Below are positions 47,212-57,629 of a DNA stretch of 64,000 nt, piece after piece. The notes under the pieces are model-generated. The model was not told the DNA's origin. It made no database searches and saw nothing but the letters and a program-made list of their open reading frames with translations. Positions within the stretch are counted from its first letter, which is position 1. Every line of letters starts with the position of its first letter. The translations under genes were made by a program, and so were the position numbers. This DNA comes from an uncultured Pelagibacteraceae bacterium (GTDB lineage Bacteria; Pseudomonadota; Alphaproteobacteria; Pelagibacterales; Pelagibacteraceae). The stretch lies in the NCBI GenBank assembly GCA_902620585.1, contig CACNJC010000001.1, positions 18,879 to 82,878 on the forward strand, written 5' to 3'.

Positions 47212-48033
47212 TTATTTTATCTTATTAATAATCTTTTTAAATAAACCTTTATTGTCCTCAGGTTTAACTCTTTTTTTAATTTCATAATCTTTATTAAAAA
47301 CTTTATACGACTGTTCAAACCACTCACTTGAATTATAATTATAGCCTAATATTTGTGCATATTTTTGAGCCTCTTGTTCAAGACCTAAGTAATAGTAGAT
47401 TTCTACTAAGCGATGAAGTGCCTCTTCAATAAATATTGTTTGTTGATAATCTTTTACTATAACTTTTAATCTATTAATTGCTGGAACCCATTTTTGGGTA
47501 GAAATATAATATTTTGCGACATAAAGTTCTTTAGCTGCAAGTTGGTTTTGGATTAGGTCATTTTTAAATTGTAAATCAATCGCGTAATCAGAATTAGGAT
47601 ATTCTTTTAAAAAGAATTCTATTTTATTTCTAGCGTCAATCAAAGGTTTTAAATCTTTTCTTTCGTCTGTCATTTGTTCATAATGTATTATTGCAATTAA
47701 ATAATGAGCGTACATTACATTCTTATCGGCAGGATATTTCTTTAAATATCTTTCTAAGTTTGCTAAAGCGTCAGAATAGAAATTTATTCCATAAAGTGAA
47801 TAACTTGACATAATTGCTGACTTGGCTGCAAAATCAACAGTTTCAAAATTTAATTCCGCCTCTGTGAATTTTTTTTCTGCAAAAAAATAATCTGCATTTT
47901 CAAAAGCTTCAAAACCTTCTTTATATAATTGATAAGGATCTACTTTATCTTTAGGTTCGTATTCAACTTCTTTTTTAGAACAAGAATTTAATGATAAAAT
48001 TAGAATTAAAATTAGAGAAATATTTTTTAACAT
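47212..48033 (-). CDS. bamD: Outer membrane assembly lipoprotein BamD
   Basis: Lipobox LNSC, TPR pattern, AAKELYVAKYY, EEALHRLVE; follows lpxC. Confidence 0.92.
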   Translation of the reverse strand: MLKNISLILILILSLNSCSKKEVEYEPKDKVDPYQLYKEGFEAFENADYFFAEKKFTEAELNFETVDFAAKSAIMSSYSLYGINFYSDALANLERYLKKYPADKNVMYAHYLIAIIHYEQMTDERKDLKPLIDARNKIEFFLKEYPNSDYAIDLQFKNDLIQNQLAAKELYVAKYYISTQKWVPAINRLKVIVKDYQQTIFIEEALHRLVEIYYYLGLEQEAQKYAQILGYNYNSSEWFEQSYKVFNKDYEIKKRVKPEDNKGLFKKIINKIK

Positions 48034-48080
48034 ATACAGATTAATAACAAATTAAACTGGAATGGTAAATTTATATGATG

Positions 48081-49001
48081 TTAAGCACCGATAGCTACTG
48101 GATTTTTATAAGAGTTTTCGTTTTGTTTTTCTATATTATCGAAAGTTTCTAAGCTCCAATTAGCTTTGTCAGAAAAAAATTTTACTAGTAATTTATTAGT
48201 TAAAGCATGACCACCTTGTGATGTTTTAATATGACCAAATAAACGGTTGCCTGAAAGCATTATATCCCCTAAACAATCTAATATTTTGTGGTAAACGAAT
48301 TCATGTCTATTTCTTAGCCCGTCTTCATTAAGAATCTTACTGCCTTGAACAACTATTGCATTATCTAAAGAACCGCCTTTGGCTAGACCCATTCTTTTAA
48401 TATTGTCTATTTCCTCGTATAAACAGAAAGTTCGAGAATTGTAGATTTCAGTTAAATTACCATTGCTTAGTTTAAATTCTTTTCTTCTAGTCCTAATTAA
48501 TGGATTATTAAAAATGATTTCAAAATCAATTATCAAATCTTTATCTAATGGCTCTATAGAAATAAATTTTTTCCCATCCTTAACTTCAATTTTTTTTAGA
48601 ACTTTGATAAATTTTCTAGGTACGCCTTGTTCTTCCACTCCTACAGATCTTATTGCATCAACAAAATCAACTGCAGAGCCATCCATAATTGGAATTTCAG
48701 GAGCATCAACCTCAACAATAGCATTATCAATACCCTCACCATAAAACGCTGCCATTAGATGCTCAACAGTGGATATGGATACTCCTTTTTTATTTCTAAT
48801 CTTTGTGCACAATATTGGCTCAACCACATTTTGAAAATTGGCATGAATAATATTTTCATCTTTAATATCTAATCTTTTAAAAATTATTCCTGTATCAGGT
48901 TTGGAAGGTTTAATAGACAAGTTGACCTCAACACCATTGTGCAATCCAACTCCTCTAAAATCTATTTTTTCTTTAATAGTTTTTTGACTAGTTTTCGACA
49001 T
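48081..49001 (-). CDS. lpxC: UDP-3-O-acyl-GlcNAc deacetylase
   Basis: GVGLHNG, TVEHLMAA, EIPIMDGSA, HKILDCLGD, GGHALT. Confidence 0.96.
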   Translation of the reverse strand: MSKTSQKTIKEKIDFRGVGLHNGVEVNLSIKPSKPDTGIIFKRLDIKDENIIHANFQNVVEPILCTKIRNKKGVSISTVEHLMAAFYGEGIDNAIVEVDAPEIPIMDGSAVDFVDAIRSVGVEEQGVPRKFIKVLKKIEVKDGKKFISIEPLDKDLIIDFEIIFNNPLIRTRRKEFKLSNGNLTEIYNSRTFCLYEEIDNIKRMGLAKGGSLDNAIVVQGSKILNEDGLRNRHEFVYHKILDCLGDIMLSGNRLFGHIKTSQGGHALTNKLLVKFFSDKANWSLETFDNIEKQNENSYKNPVAIGA

Positions 49002-49065
49002 CAGCTCTTATACATAATTGATTAACGTGGTTTAAAACAACAAATGTTTCAAAAAAAAACAAATA

Positions 49066-50262
49066 CTATCCAAATAAAGATTTAAAAATCCTTGCTATTA
49101 AAGAACTTTTTGTTTGAACTACTGGTATGGCCTCTTTTTTCCAACCATAGGTAGATAAATTAGCAACATTAATTACTGTATCCTCTGGTTCAAATTCATT
49201 TATTAAACTAATTTCAAAATTACCGTTTTTTGTAAAATATTTTTTAAATTTTCCTTCAAAATTTTTTTCAATTAAGGGATCATTTATTGTTAAATATATT
49301 TTACTCAACTTCTTCTTTTGAGATATAATATTTATATTATTATTAAAAATCAAACTTACAACTTCATCTATTCTAGCGTCAGCTACATCAGTTATTAATT
49401 TTTTCTTAATTTTTCTGAAATTTCCTTTCATGAAATAATTATTTTCTAAATAATCATTATCTGTAAAACTTTTCTCATTTAAATTATTATTTGAAAAAAA
49501 TTTAATAATCATGTCATTATCTAAAGAGCAAATTTTATTTACATCATTATAAATTATATCGGTTCCAAAATTAAAAGATTGATTATATCTATAAGAATGG
49601 TCTTCGAAATAATTAATATTAGAAAATTTTTTTCCTATTTTAATTCTTAAAAAATCTTTAACGTCACTGTTATTATTTATTAATTGAGTTCCATCAGAAA
49701 ATTGCTTTAAAATAATCTTTCTTATATTCAAATTATTCTTATTAAAAATTTTCTTTATATTATTTAAATCATTATTATTAATTAAAAAAAATGAAAGTTC
49801 GTGAGAGTAAAAATCTCCAAACAATCCTATTGGTAGATTTTCAGACTTTATTCCATCTAAAGTACTTTTTGAATTAAAAATATGTAGAATAGTTTTTTTC
49901 TTTTCATTTTCCGCTACTGCCAATTTAAGTGAATTTAAAATATAAGAAATATTTTCTTTTAAAACTTGCGATCCATTTAATTTTTTAAATCCTGAAATGT
50001 TTATACATGTATAATTTAAGCAATCTAATATTATAGTTACATCTTTAAAAATATATTTAATTTTTTTTTCTATTGTTTCTATGTTTTTCTTTATAACTTC
50101 GTAAGCTTGATTTATATTTATAAATTTATTTTTATAAATACTTTCGTTAAGTATTATTATTTTTTCTTGAATCTTAAATCTTTGTTCTTGATCAAATTCT
50201 CCTACAATAAAAATATAATTTTTTTCATTTATTTCGATAAAAAGATCTGGATTATTTTCCAT
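49066..50262 (-). CDS. ftsA: Highly diverged FtsA-like cell division protein
   Basis: Follows ftsQ, FtsA-like length, LHIFN...LDG...PIGLFG, FGTDIIYNDV, ARIDEV and a C-terminal amphipathic helix SLIARIFKSLFG. ATPase motifs are degenerate. Confidence 0.72.
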   Translation of the reverse strand: MENNPDLFIEINEKNYIFIVGEFDQEQRFKIQEKIIILNESIYKNKFININQAYEVIKKNIETIEKKIKYIFKDVTIILDCLNYTCINISGFKKLNGSQVLKENISYILNSLKLAVAENEKKKTILHIFNSKSTLDGIKSENLPIGLFGDFYSHELSFFLINNNDLNNIKKIFNKNNLNIRKIILKQFSDGTQLINNNSDVKDFLRIKIGKKFSNINYFEDHSYRYNQSFNFGTDIIYNDVNKICSLDNDMIIKFFSNNNLNEKSFTDNDYLENNYFMKGNFRKIKKKLITDVADARIDEVVSLIFNNNINIISQKKKLSKIYLTINDPLIEKNFEGKFKKYFTKNGNFEISLINEFEPEDTVINVANLSTYGWKKEAIPVVQTKSSLIARIFKSLFG

Positions 50263-50265
50263 AAA

Positions 50266-50925
50266 CTAATTTAAAATGAGTTGATCCCTTATCCGATAAT
50301 CAAAATTTTTGTAATCTTTAAAGTTATCGTTATTTTTAAATTTCATATAGTTTTTTAAACTTATCAAATAATCTTTAATAGGCAATTTTATCAAATTGTC
50401 ATCTAGCATTACTAAATCCCATCTACCCGACTCAAAAAAGTAAAAAGATTTTATATCTTCAAATGGAAATTTTATACTTTTTAGATCTAGGTATAGAGAG
50501 AAGAAAAATTCCCCCTTTCCAAAAACCGTTGGTAAATCTCTATGTATTTTTATATCTTTAAATTTTATCAAATCTCCTTTATCTGAGATGTAAAATTTTT
50601 TTTTTTTATTTTGTAAAATAGCTATAGGTTTTTTTTCCACTATGAATATTGTAAGAGTATTCGGGTATATTTTCTTGAGCCTAAAACTTTCAATAAAGTT
50701 AAGATTACTTAGTTTTTTTTCTATTATTTTTATGTCTAAAAAAAATAAATTTTTAGTGTATAAAAAATTTAATTCTTTTTTAATTTCGTCTGAATTTAAA
50801 ATTGAATTACCTTGTAAAATAATTTTCTTAATATAAAACTTAGAAATTATATTATTGTCGAACTTTGGTGAATAAGTTGTTAAAAAAATAAAAAGTATTA
50901 TCAATCCAAAGAGTGATTTTTTCAT
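50266..50925 (-). CDS. ftsQ: Cell division protein FtsQ/DivIB
   Basis: TM plus POTRA domain (KKIYPNTLTIFIVEKKPIA), RWDL, C-terminal DYRIRDQL; between ddl and ftsA. Confidence 0.85.
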   Translation of the reverse strand: MKKSLFGLIILFIFLTTYSPKFDNNIISKFYIKKIILQGNSILNSDEIKKELNFLYTKNLFFLDIKIIEKKLSNLNFIESFRLKKIYPNTLTIFIVEKKPIAILQNKKKKFYISDKGDLIKFKDIKIHRDLPTVFGKGEFFFSLYLDLKSIKFPFEDIKSFYFFESGRWDLVMLDDNLIKLPIKDYLISLKNYMKFKNNDNFKDYKNFDYRIRDQLILN

Positions 50926-51851
50926 CTATTTACGCTTGCATTAAGTAAAATTTTTTCGACTAGATTTTCAAAAGATACTCCCTTGTAGCTGGCTATTTCT
51001 GGGACTAAAGATAAACTTGTCATACCTGGTTGGGTATTGATCTCTAGAAGATAAAACTGATTTTTAAAATATTTAAAATCTGATCTAGTAACACCTTTGC
51101 AACCTAATACTTGGTGAGCTTTTTTTGCAATTTTGAGAACTTCTTTATATTTACGCCTTAAAATATTTGCTGGCATTATATGTTCTGTATTTGCAGATTT
51201 AGAATATTTTGCTTTGTAATCGTAAAATGTTCTTTTAGGTTTTAACTCGATAGCTCCAAGTGGAACATTATTTAGTACTGCAACCTGAATTTCTTGTCCA
51301 CCTATGAAAGATTCAACCATTAACTCTGTGTATTTTTTAAAAAGTTTATTAGAAAAGTTTTTAAATTCATTATTATTTTTACAAATTTTAACTCCTATGC
51401 TTGATCCTTCGTTAGTGGGTTTTATTACAATAGGAAAATTCATTTGATTTTTTTTTAAAACTTTTTTTAGTATATCTCGATTATATTTTCTTTTTTTTAG
51501 TACAAAATATGGTGGTGACTTAATTTTATTTTGTTTAAATATTTTTTTTGAAATTATCTTGTTCATTGCATTATGTGAGCTAATAACTCCTGAATGAGTA
51601 TAAGGAACTCCTAAATATTCAAAATAACTTTGAGCAACCCCATCTTCACCGTTTCTTCCATGAAGAGAGTTAAAAATTACATCTATATTTTTTTTTTTAA
51701 TAGAATATAAAGGTTTTTTTTTGGGATCAAATTTAAAAACTTTATATCCCTTTTTCTTTAAAGCTTTTATACAAGCATTGCCGCTATCAAGGCTAACCGC
51801 TCTTTCGCCAGAAGTTCCCCCCAATACTACTAAAACTCTTTTACTTTTCAT
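50922..51851 (-). CDS. ddl: D-alanine--D-alanine ligase
   Basis: GGTSGERAVSL, LHGRNGEDG, EGSSIG, YDYKAKY, LEINTQPGMT. Confidence 0.96.
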   Translation of the reverse strand: MKSKRVLVVLGGTSGERAVSLDSGNACIKALKKKGYKVFKFDPKKKPLYSIKKKNIDVIFNSLHGRNGEDGVAQSYFEYLGVPYTHSGVISSHNAMNKIISKKIFKQNKIKSPPYFVLKKRKYNRDILKKVLKKNQMNFPIVIKPTNEGSSIGVKICKNNNEFKNFSNKLFKKYTELMVESFIGGQEIQVAVLNNVPLGAIELKPKRTFYDYKAKYSKSANTEHIMPANILRRKYKEVLKIAKKAHQVLGCKGVTRSDFKYFKNQFYLLEINTQPGMTSLSLVPEIASYKGVSFENLVEKILLNASVNR

Positions 51852-52749
51852 CGCCAATGATTTTAATTTCAAGATCTAAATCGACTCCAGTTTTATTTTG
51901 AACTTCTTTTTTAACTTTATTAATCAATTGTTCTATCTCAGCGGTTGTTGCTTTGCCGTTATTTACAAAAAAATTACAATGTTTTTCTGAAATCTTAGCA
52001 TCTCCTATATAATATTTATCACATCCAGATTCTTTGATCAGTAACCAAGCTTTTTTTTCATTAGTATTTTTGAAAGTACTTCCGCCTGTTTTAATTTGAC
52101 TTGGTTGAGACTCTTTTTTTTGTTGAATGAATTTTTCTTCTTTTTTTTCAATTAGTTCTTTTGAAGAAATGGTTCCTTTTAAAACTGCAGACAATATAAT
52201 ATAATTTTCTGGGATGTTGGTGCCTCTATAAAAAAACTCAATATCATCATTTTTAATTTCTTTTTCTTTCCCATTGTAGTCTACAATTCTAATAGACTTT
52301 AAAACTTTTGACATATCTGATCCGTAGCATCCGCTATTCATTGTAATTGCGCCCCCAATAGACCCTGGGATACATGCTAAAAATTCCAAACCACTAATAC
52401 TATTATTTTTTGCAAAAGAAGAGGCTTTTCTATCTAATGTGGATGCGCCAACTTCTATGGTGTCTTTTGTCAGTAACTTAATATTAGAGAATTTTGAACC
52501 CAATTTTATTACTACTCCTTTAACTCCAGAATCTCTAATAAGAGTATTAGAACCTGCGCCTAGAACATGTATCTTATGATTGTATTTTTTAATAGAAATT
52601 AAGAATTCAATGAGTTGATCTTTATTTTCGGGGCGAAAAAAAAAATCAGCAGGTCCGCCAAGATTAAACCAACTATATTTTGAAAGATTTTCTTTAATTA
52701 TTAAATTTTTTCCAAATTTTTTTTGTAATGGATCTGTATTTAAACTCAT
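51841..52749 (-). CDS. murB: UDP-N-acetylenolpyruvoylglucosamine reductase
   Basis: GGPADF, GAGSNTL, IPGSIGGAITMNSG, GSTFKN, SEKHCNF. Confidence 0.95.
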   Translation of the reverse strand: MSLNTDPLQKKFGKNLIIKENLSKYSWFNLGGPADFFFRPENKDQLIEFLISIKKYNHKIHVLGAGSNTLIRDSGVKGVVIKLGSKFSNIKLLTKDTIEVGASTLDRKASSFAKNNSISGLEFLACIPGSIGGAITMNSGCYGSDMSKVLKSIRIVDYNGKEKEIKNDDIEFFYRGTNIPENYIILSAVLKGTISSKELIEKKEEKFIQQKKESQPSQIKTGGSTFKNTNEKKAWLLIKESGCDKYYIGDAKISEKHCNFFVNNGKATTAEIEQLINKVKKEVQNKTGVDLDLEIKIIGDEK

Positions 52750-54143
52750 AAAATGTTTTTTAATTCTCTCATCCATTTTGAAATAGAACCTGCACCCATT
52801 CCAATGATTATTTCATCGCTAACTAAATTTTTTCTAAAATAATTAGATAATTCCTTTTGATTATTCACTATAATTGTTTGAGTTTTTGAATTTTTAGAAA
52901 TGAGTTTTGCAAAATTTAATAAACTAAAACTTGAATTTTTCTTTTCACCTGCAGCATATATTGGACAGATCAAAACTAAATCTGATTTAATAAAAGATCT
53001 TGAAAATTCATCTTTGAGAGATATAACTCTAGAATAACGATGAGGCTCAAAAATCGTTATTATTTTTCTTGTTTTGTAAACGTTGTCGACTCCATCTAAA
53101 ATTGATGAAATTTCAGTTGGATGGTGAGCATAGTCATCAAAAAACTCATTTTTATCTTTTGTAAAAATTTTAGTCATTCTTCTTTGAACTCCAGAAAAAT
53201 TTTTCAAAGCTTTTTTTATAATATTTGTTTTTACGCCAAGATTAAGACAAACTGCTATTGCTGCAGAAGCATTGAGAACATTATGTTTTCCAATCAATTT
53301 TAAATTAATATTTTTGATTATTTTTTTTCGATTGTTTAAATCTTTATAATATAGGTCAAAAAGGGTATGTGAAGCATAATATCTAGGATTATTTACTATA
53401 TAGTTTGAGTCTTTATTAAATCCATAAGTCAATATATTTTTATTTTTTATCCTTTTTAAAATTTTTTTAATATTCTTATTGTCAAGACATATTAAAGATT
53501 TTCCTATTGGTGGAGTTTTGTCGATAAATTGAATAAATGCATTCTCTAAGTTTTTGTAGTTTTTATAAAAATCTAAATGTTCATAATCAATATTTGTTAC
53601 TATCGAGTAATTAATTGGTAGTTTCAAAAAACTACCGTCTGACTCATCTGCTTCAAGAATAGCCCAATCTCCTTTTCCAAGTTTCGCATTACTTTTAAAT
53701 GAATTTATTACACCTCCATTAATTATTGTTGGATCTAATTTTTGATCAGATAAAATTTTAGCAACTAATGAAGTAGTTGTAGTTTTTCCATGTGAGCCTG
53801 TAATAATTATATTTTTTTTTAATGACACAACATTAGCTAAAACTTCAGCTCTTGAATAAATAGATATTTTTCTTTTTTTAGCTTCTTTAATTTCTACATT
53901 GTTGTCTTTTATTGCAGAGGATCTTACTACTATTGTTACGTTATTTAAGTTTTTTTTAGTGTGTCCAATAAAAACTTTAATACCTGCTTTTGAGCAGTTT
54001 AATGTGCTCTTGTTTTTATTTTGATCACTCCCTTGAATTTTGAATCCCATATTTTTCATTACTTGAGCTAATCCACTCATGCCTATTCCCCCAATTCCAA
54101 TGAAATGGATTATTTCATTTTGACCAATGTTAATATTCTTCAT
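52746..54143 (-). CDS. murC: UDP-N-acetylmuramate--L-alanine ligase
   Basis: HFIGIGGIGMSG, GSHGKTTT, EADESDGSF, DDYAHHPTE. Confidence 0.96.
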   Translation of the reverse strand: MKNINIGQNEIIHFIGIGGIGMSGLAQVMKNMGFKIQGSDQNKNKSTLNCSKAGIKVFIGHTKKNLNNVTIVVRSSAIKDNNVEIKEAKKRKISIYSRAEVLANVVSLKKNIIITGSHGKTTTTSLVAKILSDQKLDPTIINGGVINSFKSNAKLGKGDWAILEADESDGSFLKLPINYSIVTNIDYEHLDFYKNYKNLENAFIQFIDKTPPIGKSLICLDNKNIKKILKRIKNKNILTYGFNKDSNYIVNNPRYYASHTLFDLYYKDLNNRKKIIKNINLKLIGKHNVLNASAAIAVCLNLGVKTNIIKKALKNFSGVQRRMTKIFTKDKNEFFDDYAHHPTEISSILDGVDNVYKTRKIITIFEPHRYSRVISLKDEFSRSFIKSDLVLICPIYAAGEKKNSSFSLLNFAKLISKNSKTQTIIVNNQKELSNYFRKNLVSDEIIIGMGAGSISKWMRELKNIL

Positions 54144-55236
54144 TTTCAATTTTTAATAGTTGTTTATCGATATTCTCATATACAGATTTATCAGAATATT
54201 GTCTTTGTCTATTAGTTATTTGATCTAATAATTTTTCATTTTCACTAACCGCTCTTAGCAGTTCAAACAGCTTTTTTTCTAAATCTTTTTCTTCTACTAA
54301 ATAGCTATACCCTTTTTTTTCATAATAAATAGCATTTTTTAACTGATGATTATCTGCTGATGAAGGCAATGGAATAGAAATAAAAGGTATATTTGCATTG
54401 ATCAGTTCTGCTAACATTGAAGACCCTGATCTAGTTATAGCTAAATTAGTTTTCGAAAAATATGTTGAAATATTATTACTAAAATTAAAAATTTTAAAAT
54501 CAATATTTAAACCCTCGTAAAAAGAATTCAAATACTCATTTTGTTCAGGTAAGCATTGTTGATAAACTGATATTGGAATTTTAGCATTAATACATGCTTT
54601 AAAAATTTCAGTAAGTTTTTCTGCAAAAATTTTTGCTGCTTGACTGCCTCCAAGAACTAATATTTTTAATTTTTTATTTTTTTTATTATGACTAATTGTA
54701 TTTTCATAATTAATTATTTCCTTGCTTATAATATTCCCAATCTCACAAACTTTTTTTTTATACTTTTCTGAAACCCCCTCTAATTCTCTATAAGATACGA
54801 ATACTTTTTTTGCAAAGGGCATCAAATATCTATTAGCCTTTCCAATAATCAAATTATTTTCATAAATAATAAACGGAATTCTTAGTAATTTAGCAGCTAC
54901 ACAAACTGGGAAGGAAGAGTATCCACCCATGCCAAATACTAAATTTGGCCTGTTCGATAATAAAAGAATTAAAGACTTAAATGTAGAGTACAGAATAATC
55001 ATTATTGAGTATGCTATTTTAAAAATATTTTTTTTGAAAATAGTAGCAGAAGCAATCTTAATAACCTTTATTTCATTACGACTTTTTAAATATTTTAATC
55101 CTCTTTTATCTAGAATAATTTCAACTTTAAATTTATCTTTATCAACAAAATGTTTAGCTAAATTGTAAGCTGGAATAACATGGCCGCCTGTACCACCGGT
55201 TGCAATAGTTATTTTTTTTATTTTATTATTCATCAT
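54130..55236 (-). CDS. murG: Lipid II GlcNAc transferase
   Basis: GGTGGHV, GMGGYSS, GGSQAA, RSGSS, HQLKNA. Confidence 0.95.
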   Translation of the reverse strand: MMNNKIKKITIATGGTGGHVIPAYNLAKHFVDKDKFKVEIILDKRGLKYLKSRNEIKVIKIASATIFKKNIFKIAYSIMIILYSTFKSLILLLSNRPNLVFGMGGYSSFPVCVAAKLLRIPFIIYENNLIIGKANRYLMPFAKKVFVSYRELEGVSEKYKKKVCEIGNIISKEIINYENTISHNKKNKKLKILVLGGSQAAKIFAEKLTEIFKACINAKIPISVYQQCLPEQNEYLNSFYEGLNIDFKIFNFSNNISTYFSKTNLAITRSGSSMLAELINANIPFISIPLPSSADNHQLKNAIYYEKKGYSYLVEEKDLEKKLFELLRAVSENEKLLDQITNRQRQYSDKSVYENIDKQLLKIENEEY

Positions 55237-56353
55237 TATCCAATTTAATTTTTGTATAATTTAAAATTATCCCAGCTAAAATAGCGCTTCCGATTAGAGA
55301 TGAGCCTCCATAGCTTAAAAAAGGTAATGTCATTCCAGTCGTTGGTAATAAACTAGTATTAACACCGATATGAATAAATGTTTGAAAAATAAGAAGAGAA
55401 GCAAGACCACATAAAGAAAGTTTTAAAAATTCATCATCTTTTAATATGCAATTTTTGATGACCCTAAAAGCGATATATAAAAAGATAGCTACTATTAAAA
55501 TTGAAATTATCGATCCATATTCTTCTGATATAATAGAAATTATATAATCTGTATGAGCCTCAGGTACACTGTCTTTTAATATTCCTTCTCCCATTCCTTG
55601 GCCACTAATCCCGCCTTGTTTTATAGCATCCAATGCCTTGGTAGATTGAAAATTATCTCCTTTGCTTGGATCTATAAATGTTATTAAACGGCTTATAATG
55701 TAACCAAATTTCTCCGGCATTAAAAATAAAAGCCCTGCAATAAAAATAATAAAGATAGAAAAAAAACTTAAAATATAAATAAGACTTACACCAGAAACAA
55801 ATACGGTTGCCATCCAACTTGTGATTAACAAAATTGATTGTCCAAGATCTGGCTGATCAATTAAAAGAATTATTACTGAAGTTAATAAAAGAAAACTTAA
55901 AAGATATCTAACTTGATTTCCTTTTAATTTATTTAAAGTTAAAATTTGCACAGTCATCAAAATAAAAAAAGGCTTCAAAAGTTCAATCGGTTGTAATCTA
56001 AAGATATATATATTTAACCATCGTTTAGCTCCTTTGATTTCTACTCCAATAATAGGAACTAAAATTAATAGCAAAAAGAGCAAGATAAAAGTTGGAACAA
56101 TAAATCTTTTTAATAAAGAGGTCTTTATTGCTGAAATCAAAAACATAATAAAAATAGCCAATATCGTAAAAACTAAATGCTTTGAAAAAAAAAAATAATA
56201 AGTTTTATTTAATCTTTCTCCAGCTAAAGAAGATGTAGATGAAAATGAAAAAAAAAGTCCTAAAAAAAATAAGATGAAAAAACCAATTAGAATATTTTTA
56301 TCAATATTTCTCCAATAATCATTAAATTCAAATTTAAATAATTTCTTTAGCAT
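55226..56353 (-). CDS. ftsW: Cell division SEDS protein FtsW
   Basis: KGAKRW, QPIELLKP, QPDLGQ, PEAHTDYI, SYGGSS; between murD and murG. Confidence 0.93.
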   Translation of the reverse strand: MLKKLFKFEFNDYWRNIDKNILIGFFILFFLGLFFSFSSTSSLAGERLNKTYYFFFSKHLVFTILAIFIMFLISAIKTSLLKRFIVPTFILLFLLLILVPIIGVEIKGAKRWLNIYIFRLQPIELLKPFFILMTVQILTLNKLKGNQVRYLLSFLLLTSVIILLIDQPDLGQSILLITSWMATVFVSGVSLIYILSFFSIFIIFIAGLLFLMPEKFGYIISRLITFIDPSKGDNFQSTKALDAIKQGGISGQGMGEGILKDSVPEAHTDYIISIISEEYGSIISILIVAIFLYIAFRVIKNCILKDDEFLKLSLCGLASLLIFQTFIHIGVNTSLLPTTGMTLPFLSYGGSSLIGSAILAGIILNYTKIKLDNDE

Positions 56354-57626
56354 ATAATTTACTTAGTCTTTTAAATTCATTACCTCTATTTTCAAAGTTT
56401 TTAAATTGATCAAACGATGCTGCGCTCGGACTTAAAAGGATTGTATTATTTGTTTTTTTTATATTCTTAATGTCTTTAAGAACACTTGATAATGCTTTTT
56501 TTAGATTTTTCGAAACTACAAATTTTATTTTATCTTTAATTTGATTTTTAAAAAAGTTAGTACTTTTACCAATAATATATGTTTTAATAATATTATTTTT
56601 GAATTGCTTAATGTCAATTTTGTCTTTTTCTTTTGGTAATCCTCCGAGTATCCAATAGATATTTTTATTAGTAGCTAGAGCATATTTCGTAGCTTGAAAA
56701 CTTGTAGCTTTTGAATCATTAATAAAAGTTATACCCTTTTTTTTAAGAATTATTTCATGCCTGTGAGGCAGTCCTACGAATGAATTCATTGACTTAATGA
56801 ATGAACTTTCATTTATCTTTAAAAGTTTTGACAAAGCATAGGCAAAACTCATATTTTCATCATTAATAGAAGAGCTTAAGTAATAATTTCTTATTTTAAA
56901 TTTTATTTTTTTATATTTTTCAAAATTAATTGAAATTAATTTACTTGAAAATTTTTTATTCTTAAAAATGCTTAAAAGTTTGTTGTTAAGCAGAGCGAAA
57001 TCCTTTCTTTTTTGTAATTTAAATATTTTAAACTTCGATTTAATATAAGAAATTTTAGAACCATGCCAATCTAAGTGGTCGTTAGTAATATTAAGTAAAA
57101 TTGCATAATTAGGATGTATAAATTTTGAGTGAGATAATTGGAAAGATGAAGCCTCTATTACAATAAAGTTATCTTTTTTTATTTTTAGATTTAGAATAGG
57201 AGTGCCTATATTTCCACCTAGCTTTACTTCAAACTTATTTTTTTTTAATAAATGAGCAATAATTTTACAAGTAGTAGATTTTCCATTTGTGCCAGTAACA
57301 ACAATAGATTTAAATTTTAAATTACTAAGATACAGTAAATCTAAATCTGTTATTATTTTTTTACCAAATTTTATCAATTTATTTTTGTGTTTTGCTTTTT
57401 TTAAGCTAATACCAGGACTTAGAATAATATAATCTACTTTTTTAAGTATATCGTCTAACTTTAATTTTTTATTGTAACCAAACTTTTTTCTTAATTCTAT
57501 ATTGTCGTCCCATACAAAAAAATCACGTATTTTTCTTTTCTTCAAATATTTGACCACTGAACTTCCTGTTGATCCTAATCCATAAACTAAAAATGAAAAT
57601 TTTTTTAAATTAAAATTATGAGACAT
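56334..57626 (-). CDS. murD: UDP-MurNAc-L-Ala--D-Glu ligase
   Basis: SPGIS, TGTNGKSTT, GGNIG, EASSFQL, NDSKATS, SPSAASFDQF. Confidence 0.95.
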   Translation of the reverse strand: MSHNFNLKKFSFLVYGLGSTGSSVVKYLKKRKIRDFFVWDDNIELRKKFGYNKKLKLDDILKKVDYIILSPGISLKKAKHKNKLIKFGKKIITDLDLLYLSNLKFKSIVVTGTNGKSTTCKIIAHLLKKNKFEVKLGGNIGTPILNLKIKKDNFIVIEASSFQLSHSKFIHPNYAILLNITNDHLDWHGSKISYIKSKFKIFKLQKRKDFALLNNKLLSIFKNKKFSSKLISINFEKYKKIKFKIRNYYLSSSINDENMSFAYALSKLLKINESSFIKSMNSFVGLPHRHEIILKKKGITFINDSKATSFQATKYALATNKNIYWILGGLPKEKDKIDIKQFKNNIIKTYIIGKSTNFFKNQIKDKIKFVVSKNLKKALSSVLKDIKNIKKTNNTILLSPSAASFDQFKNFENRGNEFKRLSKLYAKEII

Positions 57627-57629
57627 TTA

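Noticed and set aside
49022-49035. TTAA-N6-TTAA upstream of lpxC as a CtrA box
   Set aside because: The spacing is 6 rather than 7, and TTAA is very frequent in this genome.
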